This document shows positions 29,588 through 38,653 of a stretch of DNA of 64,000 bases, one piece after another. The DNA comes from an uncultured Acidobacteriota bacterium (GTDB lineage Bacteria; Acidobacteriota; UBA6911), in the NCBI GenBank assembly GCA_963827655.1, contig CAWHCF010000006.1:32001-96000 (forward strand), read 5' to 3'. The notes beneath the pieces are model-generated. The model was not told the DNA's origin, made no database searches, and saw only the letters and a program-made list of their open reading frames with translations. Each line of letters starts with the position of its first letter. The first letter of the stretch is position 1. Made by a program: the position numbers and the translations under genes.

Positions 29588-31027
29588 TTAGACTTTCCGT
29601 TCTTTCCAGCGGCCGCGCCGGAACATTAGAGTGCCCACTACCGCCAGGGTCGAGAACGCGACCGTGATCGCCACGAAGACTCCGCGCGGCCCCATGCCTG
29701 CAGGCTTTGCCAGAGTGTACGCAAGCGGAATCTCCCATAGCCAGAAGCAAAAAAGATTGATCATGGTCGGGGTGAAAGTGTCGCCCGCTCCGTTGAACGC
29801 CGCCACCATCACCATGCCGTAGGCGTAGAAAATAAAACCGTAGCTGATAAAGCGCAGGCAGTCCACCCCCAGAGGTACTACGGCTGGATCGTGAGTAAAA
29901 ATCCGGATCAGAGAATCCGCGAACACGACAAACAGCAACCCTACCGTTCCAAGAAAAACCATGTTGTAAAATCCGGCCAGCCACACGGCACGCGCGGCGC
30001 GTTCGGGTTTTCTCGCGCCCAGGCTTTGACCGACCATAGTCGCGGCGGCATTGCTCATGCCCAATGAGGGCAGGATCCCAAATATTACAATACGAATTCC
30101 AATCGTGTAGCCCGCGACGGCCGCGCTTCCGAAAGTCGTCAGGATTCGGATCAAGCCAACCCAGCTCGACGTTCCCACCAGAGCCTGGAAAATACCGCTA
30201 GAGGAAAGCCTCAGCAGACGCATCATCACCGCCGGATCCAGACGAAGATGTGAGCGCCGTAAGGCGATCCGCCCCCGGCCACGCGCAAGCACCATGAACT
30301 GAGAAATGACGCCGATGCCGCGGCCCAGATTCGTGGCCACCGCCGATCCGGCAACTCCCAGCTGCGGAAAAGGCCCCAGTCCGAAGATGAGGCATGGATT
30401 GAGCGCTATGTTGATTCCGTTGGCAAACCAAAGGACCCGCATCGCGATTGCCGCGTCGCCCGCCCCACGGAAGATAGCGTTGATCAGAAAGAGCAGCACA
30501 ACGGTGGCGTTCCCGCCCAGCATGATGGTAGTGAATTTCGATCCCTTTTGGACGACGGCTGCGGGCGCGCCCATTACTTCGAGCAGCGTTCGAGCGAGCA
30601 ACCCACCGGCGATTCCAAGAACGGCGGCCACAATAATCCCCACCGCGATGGCCTGGACCGCCGTAGAAGCGGCGCGTTCGCGGTTCTTCTCCCCGATCCG
30701 GCGGGCGACCATTGCTGTCGCACCCATGCTCAGTCCGATCGCCACGGCATAGATTATGGCCATCATCGACTCGGTGATTCCGACCGCTGCCACGGCATCG
30801 GGACCTAACTTCGAGACGAAGAAGACGTCGACCACGGCGAAGAGCGACTCCATCGCCATTTCCATGACCATCGGGACGGCAAGCAGGACGATGGCGCGCG
30901 GGATCGAGCCTTCGGTGAAATCGTGCCGCGATCCTCGTATGGCTTCGCGCACGATTGCCCAGACTCGGGCCGCGCGCCTGGCTTCGGGTGCTGTCCGGGC
31001 TTCCCAAAGGGAGTCACCCATCGACAA
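29588..31027 (-). CDS. MATE-family efflux transporter
   Basis: LAVPMV..VDVFFV..LG, FRGAGD, LGVAGSAVAT, NGAGDT. Confidence 0.92.
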   Translation of the reverse strand: MSMGDSLWEARTAPEARRAARVWAIVREAIRGSRHDFTEGSIPRAIVLLAVPMVMEMAMESLFAVVDVFFVSKLGPDAVAAVGITESMMAIIYAVAIGLSMGATAMVARRIGEKNRERAASTAVQAIAVGIIVAAVLGIAGGLLARTLLEVMGAPAAVVQKGSKFTTIMLGGNATVVLLFLINAIFRGAGDAAIAMRVLWFANGINIALNPCLIFGLGPFPQLGVAGSAVATNLGRGIGVISQFMVLARGRGRIALRRSHLRLDPAVMMRLLRLSSSGIFQALVGTSSWVGLIRILTTFGSAAVAGYTIGIRIVIFGILPSLGMSNAAATMVGQSLGARKPERAARAVWLAGFYNMVFLGTVGLLFVVFADSLIRIFTHDPAVVPLGVDCLRFISYGFIFYAYGMVMVAAFNGAGDTFTPTMINLFCFWLWEIPLAYTLAKPAGMGPRGVFVAITVAFSTLAVVGTLMFRRGRWKERKV

Positions 31028-31082
31028 TCCATTTACCGCTGAGACGCAAAGCAGCCGTGAAGCCGCAACCGAAGTGCTGTTA

Positions 31083-31216
31083 GTGTTTCTTCGTGTCTTT
31101 GTGTCTTGTGGTTAGAGCTGTCTAACAAATACCACAAGACTCAAAGACACGAAGAAACACCAAGAATCTTGCCAAAAACCCAAGAAGTTACGACTAGAAT
31201 ACAAAGACGCGAAGAA
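31083..31216. repeat. Nonamer-type palindromic repeat (30-bp inverted repeat, 1 mismatch) overlapping a family B copy
   Basis: GTGTTTCTTCGTGTCTTTGTGTCTTGTGGT versus ACCACAAGACTCAAAGACACGAAGAAACAC; TTAG-AGCTGTCTAACAAAT end at 31112-31130. Confidence 0.75.
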
Positions 31217-31232
31217 GCAGAATCCGGAGAGC

Positions 31233-31994
31233 TCAACCGCCGGTGATCGTCAGGCCGCCATCCACCATAATCTCGGCGCCCGTTATGTACGAAGACTCGT
31301 CCGAGGCAAGAAACAAAGCACAGTAGGCAATGTCTTCCGGCTGGGCTAAACGACCGAGCGGCACTCCCTGTGCGATTGCCTTCTTGCTTTCTTCGCCCAA
31401 TTCCCTCTGCATGGGCGTATCGACGAAACCCGGGTGAATGATGTTGGCCCGAATCTTCCTGTCGCCGTAGACCACCGCGATCGACCGGTTCAATGAAATC
31501 AGCGCCCCTTTACTGGCCGTGTACGCGTCCTGCGCTCGCCGGTAACCTCGAAGGGCTGAAACAGAACTGGTTGTGATGACCGAGCCGCCGCCCTGCTTGA
31601 TGAGTTCCGGTATCCCGTGCTTGCAGACGAACACGGGGCCCTTCAAGTTGATAGCCATAACCCGATCCCAGGTTTCCTCGACGGTCCGGGTAACCTCAAA
31701 GTCTCGGTCTCGCCACAGCACTCCGGCATTATTAAAAAGGATGTTCAGCTTGCCAAAAAAGGAGACGCCCTCCGTGACCGCCCGTTTCACCTGGTCTTCG
31801 AAACCGACATCACATTGAATGAAAACCGCATCCCCTCCCTGCTCGCGAACGCGGGATACCGTCTCCTCGCCGGCTTCTCGATTGACGTCCAGAGCCACTA
31901 TTTTCGCCCCCTCGCGGGCGAACAGCAGCCCGGCCGCTCTCCCCATCCCCATACCGGCGCCGGTAATCAATGCGACTTTATCTTTCAGTCTCAC
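31233..31994 (-). CDS. Short-chain dehydrogenase/reductase
   Basis: TGAGMGMG, NNAG, YTASK. Confidence 0.92.
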   Translation of the reverse strand: MRLKDKVALITGAGMGMGRAAGLLFAREGAKIVALDVNREAGEETVSRVREQGGDAVFIQCDVGFEDQVKRAVTEGVSFFGKLNILFNNAGVLWRDRDFEVTRTVEETWDRVMAINLKGPVFVCKHGIPELIKQGGGSVITTSSVSALRGYRRAQDAYTASKGALISLNRSIAVVYGDRKIRANIIHPGFVDTPMQRELGEESKKAIAQGVPLGRLAQPEDIAYCALFLASDESSYITGAEIMVDGGLTITGG

Positions 31995-32126
31995 TCCTCT
32001 CTCCTTTGGGCAATTTCTTAGCGTCTTCGCGTCTTCGTGGTTAAGTGTGAAGCTGGAGCTTAAGGCTTCGAGACGCAGGGCGTTGGGTCATACAAAGGCG
32101 GGCAGCCGATCGGGGAAGCGAGATCG

Positions 32127-33974
32127 CTAGAACAGGTCGGGAATTTTTGACATGTCCACGTCTTCGGTTCGAGATCCGTCTGAAGTGCGGCTGGCAATGA
32201 ACTCGCCCGTCACCATTTCTTTGTAACCCATGCCCGGTCCGACCATAGGATAAACGCAGGCATCCTGATCAATCATTACCTCGAGGAAGGAAGGCCCCCG
32301 GTGTTCGACGAAAGCCTTCAGAACTTCCTTTACCCGGGCCTTCTCCGTGAGGCGCTCGGCAAACCCGAATCCGTCCGCCTCGGCGGCCTTGACAAAGTCC
32401 TTCTGGTGGAGCGATTTGTCCGTTCCGGAGAAGCGATTGTTGAAGTACATCTTCTGCCACTGCCGCACCATCCCGTCCCCGAGGTTATTCATAACCAGAA
32501 CCTTTACCGGGAGATTGTAGGTGGTTGCCGTTTCCAGTTCACCCAGGTTCATGCGAATGCTGCCGTCTCCGTCTACGTCGATCACGAGGCGATCGGGGCA
32601 GGCCGCCTGGGCGCCTATGGCCGCGGGAAGGCCGAACCCCATGGTGCCCATGGAACCCGAGGTCAGCCATGAACGCGGTCTCTTGAAATCGAAGTACTGG
32701 GCCGCCCACATCTGGTGCTGGCCGACGCCGGTCGAGACGATCGCTTCACCCTTTGTGATCTCGTTCAGGCATTCGATCACGTAGTAAGGCTGGATGAGCT
32801 TGCTGTCGCGGTCGTAATTCAAAGCGTGGCGTCTCTTCAGTCGCTGAACGTAGGCAACCCACTTCGAGAAATCTCTTTTGAAGCTCTTCCTCCCCTGGGC
32901 AATGAGGTCGCTTAGGCCGGTCTTGGCATCGCCGATAAAAGACCAGGTGACGTGCTTGACCTTGCCGATCTCCGCCGCATCAATGTCTATGTGAGCGATG
33001 TATTTGGCGCGCGGCGCAAATTCATGGACCTTGCCGGCGACCCGGTCATCAAAGCGAGAGCCGACCGCGATCAGAAAATCGCAATCCTCGACCGCGTAGT
33101 TGGCGTAGGCCATGCCGTGCATCCCCAGCATGTGCAGCGAGAGATCATGGGTAGTATCTATCGCGCCGATGCCGAGCAGAGTTGTGACCACCGGAATCTG
33201 GAAGGTGGCGGCAAAGGCGCGCAGCTGTTCGGCGCCGTTGCCGTTGATGACTCCGCCGCCGGCATAGATGAGCGGCCGTTCACTCCTGCCGAGCAGATCA
33301 AAGAATGCTGCGCCTCTCTCCTCCGAAACTCTGGAGAGGCGAAGCGCCTTCATTCGAGCTTCGTAGCCGCGAAAATGGAGGAGACCTCCACCCTGGAACC
33401 CGCCGCTCCAGTTCTGGACGTCCTTGGGAATATCTACCACGACCGGTCCCGGACGTCCGCTGCGGGCCATCTCGAAAGCCGTGCGCATGGTGGCTTCGAG
33501 CTCCTCGGCCTTGTGAACCAGGAAGATATGCTTGGTGCACGGACTCATGATGTTGAATACGGGAGCTTCTTGAAAGGCGTCCGTGCCGATGGCGTGTCGC
33601 GGCACCTGGCCGCAAATCAGCACCACGGGAATCGAGTCGGCCATGCAGTCGCGAATGGGAGTGACGCTGTTTGTGGCGCCCGGTCCCGATGTGACCAGAA
33701 AGACACCCACCTTGCCGCTGGCCCGCGCGTAACCTGCCGCCATGAAGCCAGCCCCCTGTTCATTGGCAGGCACGATCAAGCGGATTGGATTCGCGCCTCG
33801 CCCTTCCTGCACGGCGTTATAGCGGAAGATCGAGTCATAGGTCGGCAGGATGGCGCCGCCGCTGTAACCAAAGATCGTGTCGACGCCCTCATCCGCGAGC
33901 ACCTGAATGATCATATCCGCCCCGCTCATGGATTTGCCTGCGAGCGGATGCCGAGCCATCAATTGTGGCTTCAT
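32127..33974 (-). CDS. ilvB: Acetolactate synthase large subunit
   Basis: FGYSGGAILP, TSGPGATN, MLGMHG, GTMGFGLPAAIGA, GDGS...NN ThDP motif. Confidence 0.95.
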   Translation of the reverse strand: MKPQLMARHPLAGKSMSGADMIIQVLADEGVDTIFGYSGGAILPTYDSIFRYNAVQEGRGANPIRLIVPANEQGAGFMAAGYARASGKVGVFLVTSGPGATNSVTPIRDCMADSIPVVLICGQVPRHAIGTDAFQEAPVFNIMSPCTKHIFLVHKAEELEATMRTAFEMARSGRPGPVVVDIPKDVQNWSGGFQGGGLLHFRGYEARMKALRLSRVSEERGAAFFDLLGRSERPLIYAGGGVINGNGAEQLRAFAATFQIPVVTTLLGIGAIDTTHDLSLHMLGMHGMAYANYAVEDCDFLIAVGSRFDDRVAGKVHEFAPRAKYIAHIDIDAAEIGKVKHVTWSFIGDAKTGLSDLIAQGRKSFKRDFSKWVAYVQRLKRRHALNYDRDSKLIQPYYVIECLNEITKGEAIVSTGVGQHQMWAAQYFDFKRPRSWLTSGSMGTMGFGLPAAIGAQAACPDRLVIDVDGDGSIRMNLGELETATTYNLPVKVLVMNNLGDGMVRQWQKMYFNNRFSGTDKSLHQKDFVKAAEADGFGFAERLTEKARVKEVLKAFVEHRGPSFLEVMIDQDACVYPMVGPGMGYKEMVTGEFIASRTSDGSRTEDVDMSKIPDLF

Positions 33975-34056
33975 GGTTTTCTCCCGAAACGAAACAAATA
34001 CCACCAAGACGCCAGGACACGAAGACGAAGCATCGGTCTCTCAATCCGCAATCGTC

Positions 34057-35109
34057 TTAATTCCTGTCGCCTGCCTTGGCCATAACCTCATTGGGCTGCG
34101 CCTGAACCGTGTGCGACGTCTTGGGCAGGAACGACATCATCTCGCGCAGCCGCTTACCCACAACCTCCACCGAATGTGCCGCCTCCTCACCGCGCATGCG
34201 GTTGAAATTCTGACGGCCGGTCTCGTTCTCGGCAATCCATTCTTTGGCGAACTCGCCGCTCTGAATGTCGGCCAGTATCTTCCTCATGGTTTCCCGGACA
34301 TGATCGTCTACAACCTTGGGACCGCGGCTGTAGTCACCATATTCCGCCGTGTCGCTTACCGAATAGCGCATGTAGGCGAGGCCGCCCTGGTAAATCAGGT
34401 CGACGATCAGTTTCAGCTCATGCAGACATTCAAAATACGCGATCTCAGGCTGGTATCCCGCGTTCACCAATGTTTCGTAAGCAGCCTTTATCAAGGCCGA
34501 AACACCGCCGCAAAGCACCGACTGTTCGCCAAACAGGTCGCTTTCGGTCTCTTCTTTGAAAGTAGTTTCGATAACGCCCGCCTTGAGGGCTCCCAGCGCG
34601 TGCGCATACGCAAGCGCATTCTGCCGGGCCCGCCCGGAAGCGTCCTGGTGCACGGCCAAAAGCGCTGGAACTCCGACGTCCTCCACATAGAGTTCCCGCA
34701 CGCGATGGCCGGGACCCTTGGGAGCAATCATCGAAACATCCACCGTCGCGGGCGGGATCACCTGCTTGAAATGAATATTGAAGCCATGGGCAAACATCAG
34801 GGTCTGGCCCGGACGAAGATGGGGAGCAATCGACTCCTGATACACTTTTTTCTGAGTTTGATCCGGAATCAGGACCATGACGAAGTCAGCCAGTTTCGTT
34901 GCATCCTCCACGGCGCGGACCGCGAGTCCGGCTGCCTTTGCCCTCTCAGCGGATGGGCTGCCGGTATAACACGCGACCATCACGTCCACACCGCTATCAC
35001 GCAGGTTAAGCGCATGCGCATGCCCCTGGCTTCCATAGCCTACAACTGCCACCCGTTTTCCCTTCAACAGCGTGAGGTCTCCGTGCTGTTCGTAGTAGAT
35101 ATTGGCCAT
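34057..35109 (-). CDS. ilvC: Ketol-acid reductoisomerase
   Basis: [36 protein letters not shown]. Confidence 0.97.
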   Translation of the reverse strand: MANIYYEQHGDLTLLKGKRVAVVGYGSQGHAHALNLRDSGVDVMVACYTGSPSAERAKAAGLAVRAVEDATKLADFVMVLIPDQTQKKVYQESIAPHLRPGQTLMFAHGFNIHFKQVIPPATVDVSMIAPKGPGHRVRELYVEDVGVPALLAVHQDASGRARQNALAYAHALGALKAGVIETTFKEETESDLFGEQSVLCGGVSALIKAAYETLVNAGYQPEIAYFECLHELKLIVDLIYQGGLAYMRYSVSDTAEYGDYSRGPKVVDDHVRETMRKILADIQSGEFAKEWIAENETGRQNFNRMRGEEAAHSVEVVGKRLREMMSFLPKTSHTVQAQPNEVMAKAGDRN

Positions 35110-35131
35110 CGTTGTTCTCCCCAGTTTTTTT

Positions 35132-35698
35132 CTATGAAGTTGCGGTTAAAGAACTGTCGTCGCGCCCGGGCGCCGCCACGACAGAATTACGCTGCAGCGC
35201 CACTCTTCCCGTTCGCACCATGTCATCGATTCCGTACGGGCGCACAACATCGAGGAAGGCCTCGACCTTGCCCGAATCACCGGTAACCTCGAAGACATAG
35301 CTCTCCGGAGTCGCGGTAACGACCCGGGCCCGAAAAATCTCCGCCTCGGTCAGAAGCGTCGCCCGCTTTTCATGAGGCGCCCGTACCCGTACCAGCAGCA
35401 GCTCGCGCTCGACGCAATTCTCATTCGTCAGGTCGACGGCGTTGACAACGTCCATCAGCTTGTTCACATGCTTCAGAATCTGCTGGGCCAAATTGGGTTC
35501 GCAGCGCACGACCATGGTAATGCGCGAGAGCGACGGGTCGGAGCCGCCCGCCACGGTCAAGCTTTCGATGTTGTATCCGCGAGCGCTGAACATTCCGGCT
35601 ACCCGGGCCAGCACGCCGAACCTGTTTTCCACCAGGACCGACAGCGTTCTTGTCCCCTGTTCGTGATCAGCTTGAGACTTTGATCCGGTTTGCGCCAT
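35132..35698 (-). CDS. ilvN: Acetolactate synthase small (regulatory) subunit
   Basis: [32 protein letters not shown] domain; start at ATG 35698. Confidence 0.95.
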   Translation of the reverse strand: MAQTGSKSQADHEQGTRTLSVLVENRFGVLARVAGMFSARGYNIESLTVAGGSDPSLSRITMVVRCEPNLAQQILKHVNKLMDVVNAVDLTNENCVERELLLVRVRAPHEKRATLLTEAEIFRARVVTATPESYVFEVTGDSGKVEAFLDVVRPYGIDDMVRTGRVALQRNSVVAAPGRDDSSLTATS

Positions 35699-35825
35699 TT
35701 TGATTTCCGTCTGCGTTCCGTGGTTGCTCGAAAGCGCGTCAGGCGCTTGCAATGAAATGATGAACAGCGCGATAAGGCTATGAACGCTTCGCGCTGCGTG
35801 ATCCGTTCCCTCTCGACGCCTATCT

Positions 35826-35859
35826 AAAAAAAAAGCCGTCATCCGGTTCGGATGACGGC
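35826..35859 (-). terminator. Attenuator intrinsic terminator of the ilv leader
   Basis: Minus strand GCCGTCATCCG-AAC-CGGATGACGGC-T9; perfect 11-bp stem. Confidence 0.9.
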
Positions 35860-35886
35860 CTTGGGTATCCCCCATTTATTATGCCA

Positions 35887-36060
35887 TCATCCGAACCACA
35901 ACGGGCGGACAAGGACGGAAGCTACATTAATAATAAGTCCGAATACCAGAGAGAGCGCGACTACGAGAGGAAGAGACAGATCACCAAGGATAAATTTGCG
36001 AATCCGATCCTGAATCCGACCCTTAAGGAACCTTCTCATAAGGAACCTTCTCATAAGCAT
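35887..36060 (-). CDS. ilv operon leader peptide (57 aa)
   Basis: GGAGGA SD 9 nt before ATG 36060; 18 of the last 35 codons are Leu/Val/Ile; stop codon lies within the antiterminator strand. Confidence 0.8.
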   Translation of the reverse strand: MLMRRFLMRRFLKGRIQDRIRKFILGDLSLPLVVALSLVFGLIINVASVLVRPLWFG

Positions 36061-36092
36061 GACGTGGTATCCTCCGACTTTTGTAAAGCACG

Positions 36093-36122
36093 AAAGTAAC
36101 AATAATAACCAATCACTGTCAA
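36093..36122 (-). promoter_or_regulatory. Sigma70-type promoter of the ilv leader
   Basis: TTGACA, 18 nt, (TGt)TACTTT on the minus strand. Confidence 0.7.
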
Positions 36123-36638
36123 CAACTTTTACTCCTGCCGACCTTCGCGTCCTTGTGGTGAAGGTTTCTTATGTTCGCACCGCTTTTACTTCCTTTGCGC
36201 CTTCCCGTCCTTGGAGTGCGGTAGCTTGCTGCCGCTCTGGTTTGCTAAGCTCGCTTCTCCTTCCCGCTGCAAAAGCAAGGTGTGAATCAATTGACGGGTG
36301 CCCCTAGTCACGTTCTCAGGGACGGAGTCGGCGAAGCAAGCTTCGCCGTGGAGTTCGGACATTTTTTCGCCGGAGCCGAAGGTCCGGCACGCCTAGCCTA
36401 ACCCCGGGCCGTGGCCAAAATCCGATTACGACCACGTCCACGACTGCACGTGCTCGTGGTCGCCGGTTGCTGTTGTTCGAGGATTTGGCTCTCACAACCA
36501 TGGGCGCCAATCCGCGGCACTTGAAAGCTTCAATCAAAGACATCCACAAGCTTCGCCCCTCACTGGTTTGCGCCTCAACATGCTATCCCGTATAATTCCG
36601 CGACGGTTCACACCGGGGACTCTTCGTGAACGAGAAAT

Positions 36639-37613
36639 CTGAAGAAACAGAAATCGAGCCGCTCCAAGCGGAACTCTCAGCCCGAAGAGACCAAACTCGA
36701 AGACTACCTGGAACCTAAAGAGGACGTCCAGATCGATTCAACCGAGCTGGCACGGTACGATCCCCTCAAGCGCTATCTCCTCGAAATCAGCCGATTCGCG
36801 CCGCTAACGCGCGAAGAAGAGCACCGGATGGCCCTTCTCTACCAGGAGGGCGACCGGGAAGCCGCGTATCGACTGGTGACATCGAATCTGAAACTCGTCG
36901 TAAAGATAGCCATGATCTACCAGAAGGTTTACCGCAATATTCTGGATTTGATCCAGGAGGGGAATATCGGCTTGATCCAGGCCGTCAAGCGTTTCGATCC
37001 TTTCCGGGGCACCCGCCTTCCCACTTATGCGGCCTGGTGGATCAAAGCCTACATCATCAAGTTTCTATTCGACAATTCCAGGATGGTGAAGATCGGAACC
37101 ACCAACACCCGGCGGAAAATTCTCATGAACCTCAATCGTGAGAAGCGGGAGCTCGAATCGAAAGGGATTACGCCGACGTCGCAGCTGCTGGCAAGAAACC
37201 TGGGCGTAGAAGAAAGCGAAATTATCGAAGTGGAGCAGGGAATGTCGGGTCCGGATATCTCCCTGGACGCGCCGGTAAAGGGCGACAGCGACCTGCGCAT
37301 CGTCGACACCCTCAACGTGGTCGAGGAAAGCGTCGACGATAAAATCGCGCGCGGCGAGTTCCAGGAACTCATCCAGGATAAATTCGCCGAATTCGAGCAG
37401 ACTCTTTCCGAAAGAGAGCGCGTGATACTGAACAACCGGCTTATTGCCGAGAGCCCTCAGACATTGCAGCAGATCGCGGACCCGTATGGCGTTTCCCGTG
37501 AGGCGATTCGAGTGGCGGAGAAAAAGCTGATCGCCCGGCTCAAGAAATACATGACTGATTCTTTCAAGGACGTTCGCGAGATAGAAATCCACCTCGGGAG
37601 TCAGGAGCATTGA
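36639..37613 (+). CDS. RNA polymerase sigma factor, RpoH/sigma-32-like
   Basis: Region 1.2 DPLKRYLLEISRFAPLTREEE lies upstream of the track start; DLIQEGNIGL, FDPFRG..TYAAWWIKA, TLQQIA..GVSREAIR; frame open back to CTG 36639. Confidence 0.85.
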   Translation: MKKQKSSRSKRNSQPEETKLEDYLEPKEDVQIDSTELARYDPLKRYLLEISRFAPLTREEEHRMALLYQEGDREAAYRLVTSNLKLVVKIAMIYQKVYRNILDLIQEGNIGLIQAVKRFDPFRGTRLPTYAAWWIKAYIIKFLFDNSRMVKIGTTNTRRKILMNLNREKRELESKGITPTSQLLARNLGVEESEIIEVEQGMSGPDISLDAPVKGDSDLRIVDTLNVVEESVDDKIARGEFQELIQDKFAEFEQTLSERERVILNNRLIAESPQTLQQIADPYGVSREAIRVAEKKLIARLKKYMTDSFKDVREIEIHLGSQEH

Positions 37614-38608
37614 GGCATTTCGGCGTTCGCGTCACCGATCGCTTTCGCCTGGACACGCTGCGGACTCTCATTCTTGAAAACGAACTGCTTCGTGTCACCT
37701 TCCTGATAGACCAGGGTTGCGACATCATCGAGCTGTTGTACAAACCCAAGGATGTTGATTTCCTGTGGCGTTCGCCGCAGGGCGTCCGGCGCCGGGACCA
37801 CTTCATTCCTACCTCAAGCACGCAGCGGCCGTTCTTCGATTACTACGAAGGGGGCTGGCAGGAGTTGTTCCCTCACGCCAGCCGGGCTACCGAATATGCA
37901 AATGCGGAGCTGGGATTCCACGGCGAGGTGTGGGGCCTTCCATGGGATTACCAGATCCTGACCGACCAGCCGGAAGAGGTGGTCGTCCGATTCTGGGTTC
38001 GCACCGTGCGGCTCCCCTTTTATCTGGAGCGGACGGTATCGCTTCGCACGCAGGAATCGACACTGCGCTTCCACGAGGTTGTGCGCAACGAAGGCAAGAC
38101 GCCGTTGGACTTCATGTGGGGGCACCACCCGGCCTTTGGACGCCCCTTCCTCGACGACCACTGCATCCTCAATGCCCCTGCCCGGAAGGTGCAGATCGGC
38201 GAGGAGTTGGTTCCCTGGCCGGTCGATCGCAACGGGACCGACCACAGCCGGCTCGTCCCCGAGAAGTCCGACAGGGAAGTGATGAAGTATCTGCATCAGC
38301 TGCGTGAAGGATGGGTTGCGCTGACAAATCCCAGGAAAAAGCTGGGCGTCGCGCTGGTCTTCGATACCAGGATCTTCAGTTTTGTCTGGCTGTGGCAGGA
38401 GTTCGGATACACCCAGGATTTCCCGTGGTTCGGCCGCGCGTACGTGCTCGGCGTGGAGCCTCAAAGCAGCTTGCCGGGAGCGCGGGAATCAAACGGGAGG
38501 TTGTTGCACCTCGAGGGAGAGAGTAAGATCGAAACGGATCTCCTGGCTGTGGTTTATGAAGGGAGCGCAGTTCGCCGTGTTACGGCGGAGGGACGGGTCC
38601 TTCGATGA
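37610..38608 (+). CDS. Galactose mutarotase-like / aldose 1-epimerase-family protein
   Basis: LENELLRV, GGWQELFP, FHGEVW, MWGHHPAFG, LGVEP. Confidence 0.8.
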   Translation: MRHFGVRVTDRFRLDTLRTLILENELLRVTFLIDQGCDIIELLYKPKDVDFLWRSPQGVRRRDHFIPTSSTQRPFFDYYEGGWQELFPHASRATEYANAELGFHGEVWGLPWDYQILTDQPEEVVVRFWVRTVRLPFYLERTVSLRTQESTLRFHEVVRNEGKTPLDFMWGHHPAFGRPFLDDHCILNAPARKVQIGEELVPWPVDRNGTDHSRLVPEKSDREVMKYLHQLREGWVALTNPRKKLGVALVFDTRIFSFVWLWQEFGYTQDFPWFGRAYVLGVEPQSSLPGARESNGRLLHLEGESKIETDLLAVVYEGSAVRRVTAEGRVLR

Positions 38609-38653
38609 TGAGACAAAATCCACCGCCAGGACCCGAAGGCACAAAGAAAAAAT

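Noticed and set aside
33907-35286. Long antisense ORFs (e.g. 33907-35286, 32952-34085, 27990-29024, 20653-21627, 51132-52103)
   Set aside because: Shadow frames of well-supported genes in GC-rich DNA, with no recognisable motifs.
36316-36549. Second Val-rich leader peptide (VVDVVVI)
   Set aside because: The Val run comes from a CACGTC/CGTGGTCG palindromic micro-repeat also seen near 2240; it lies upstream of the promoter and has no terminator.
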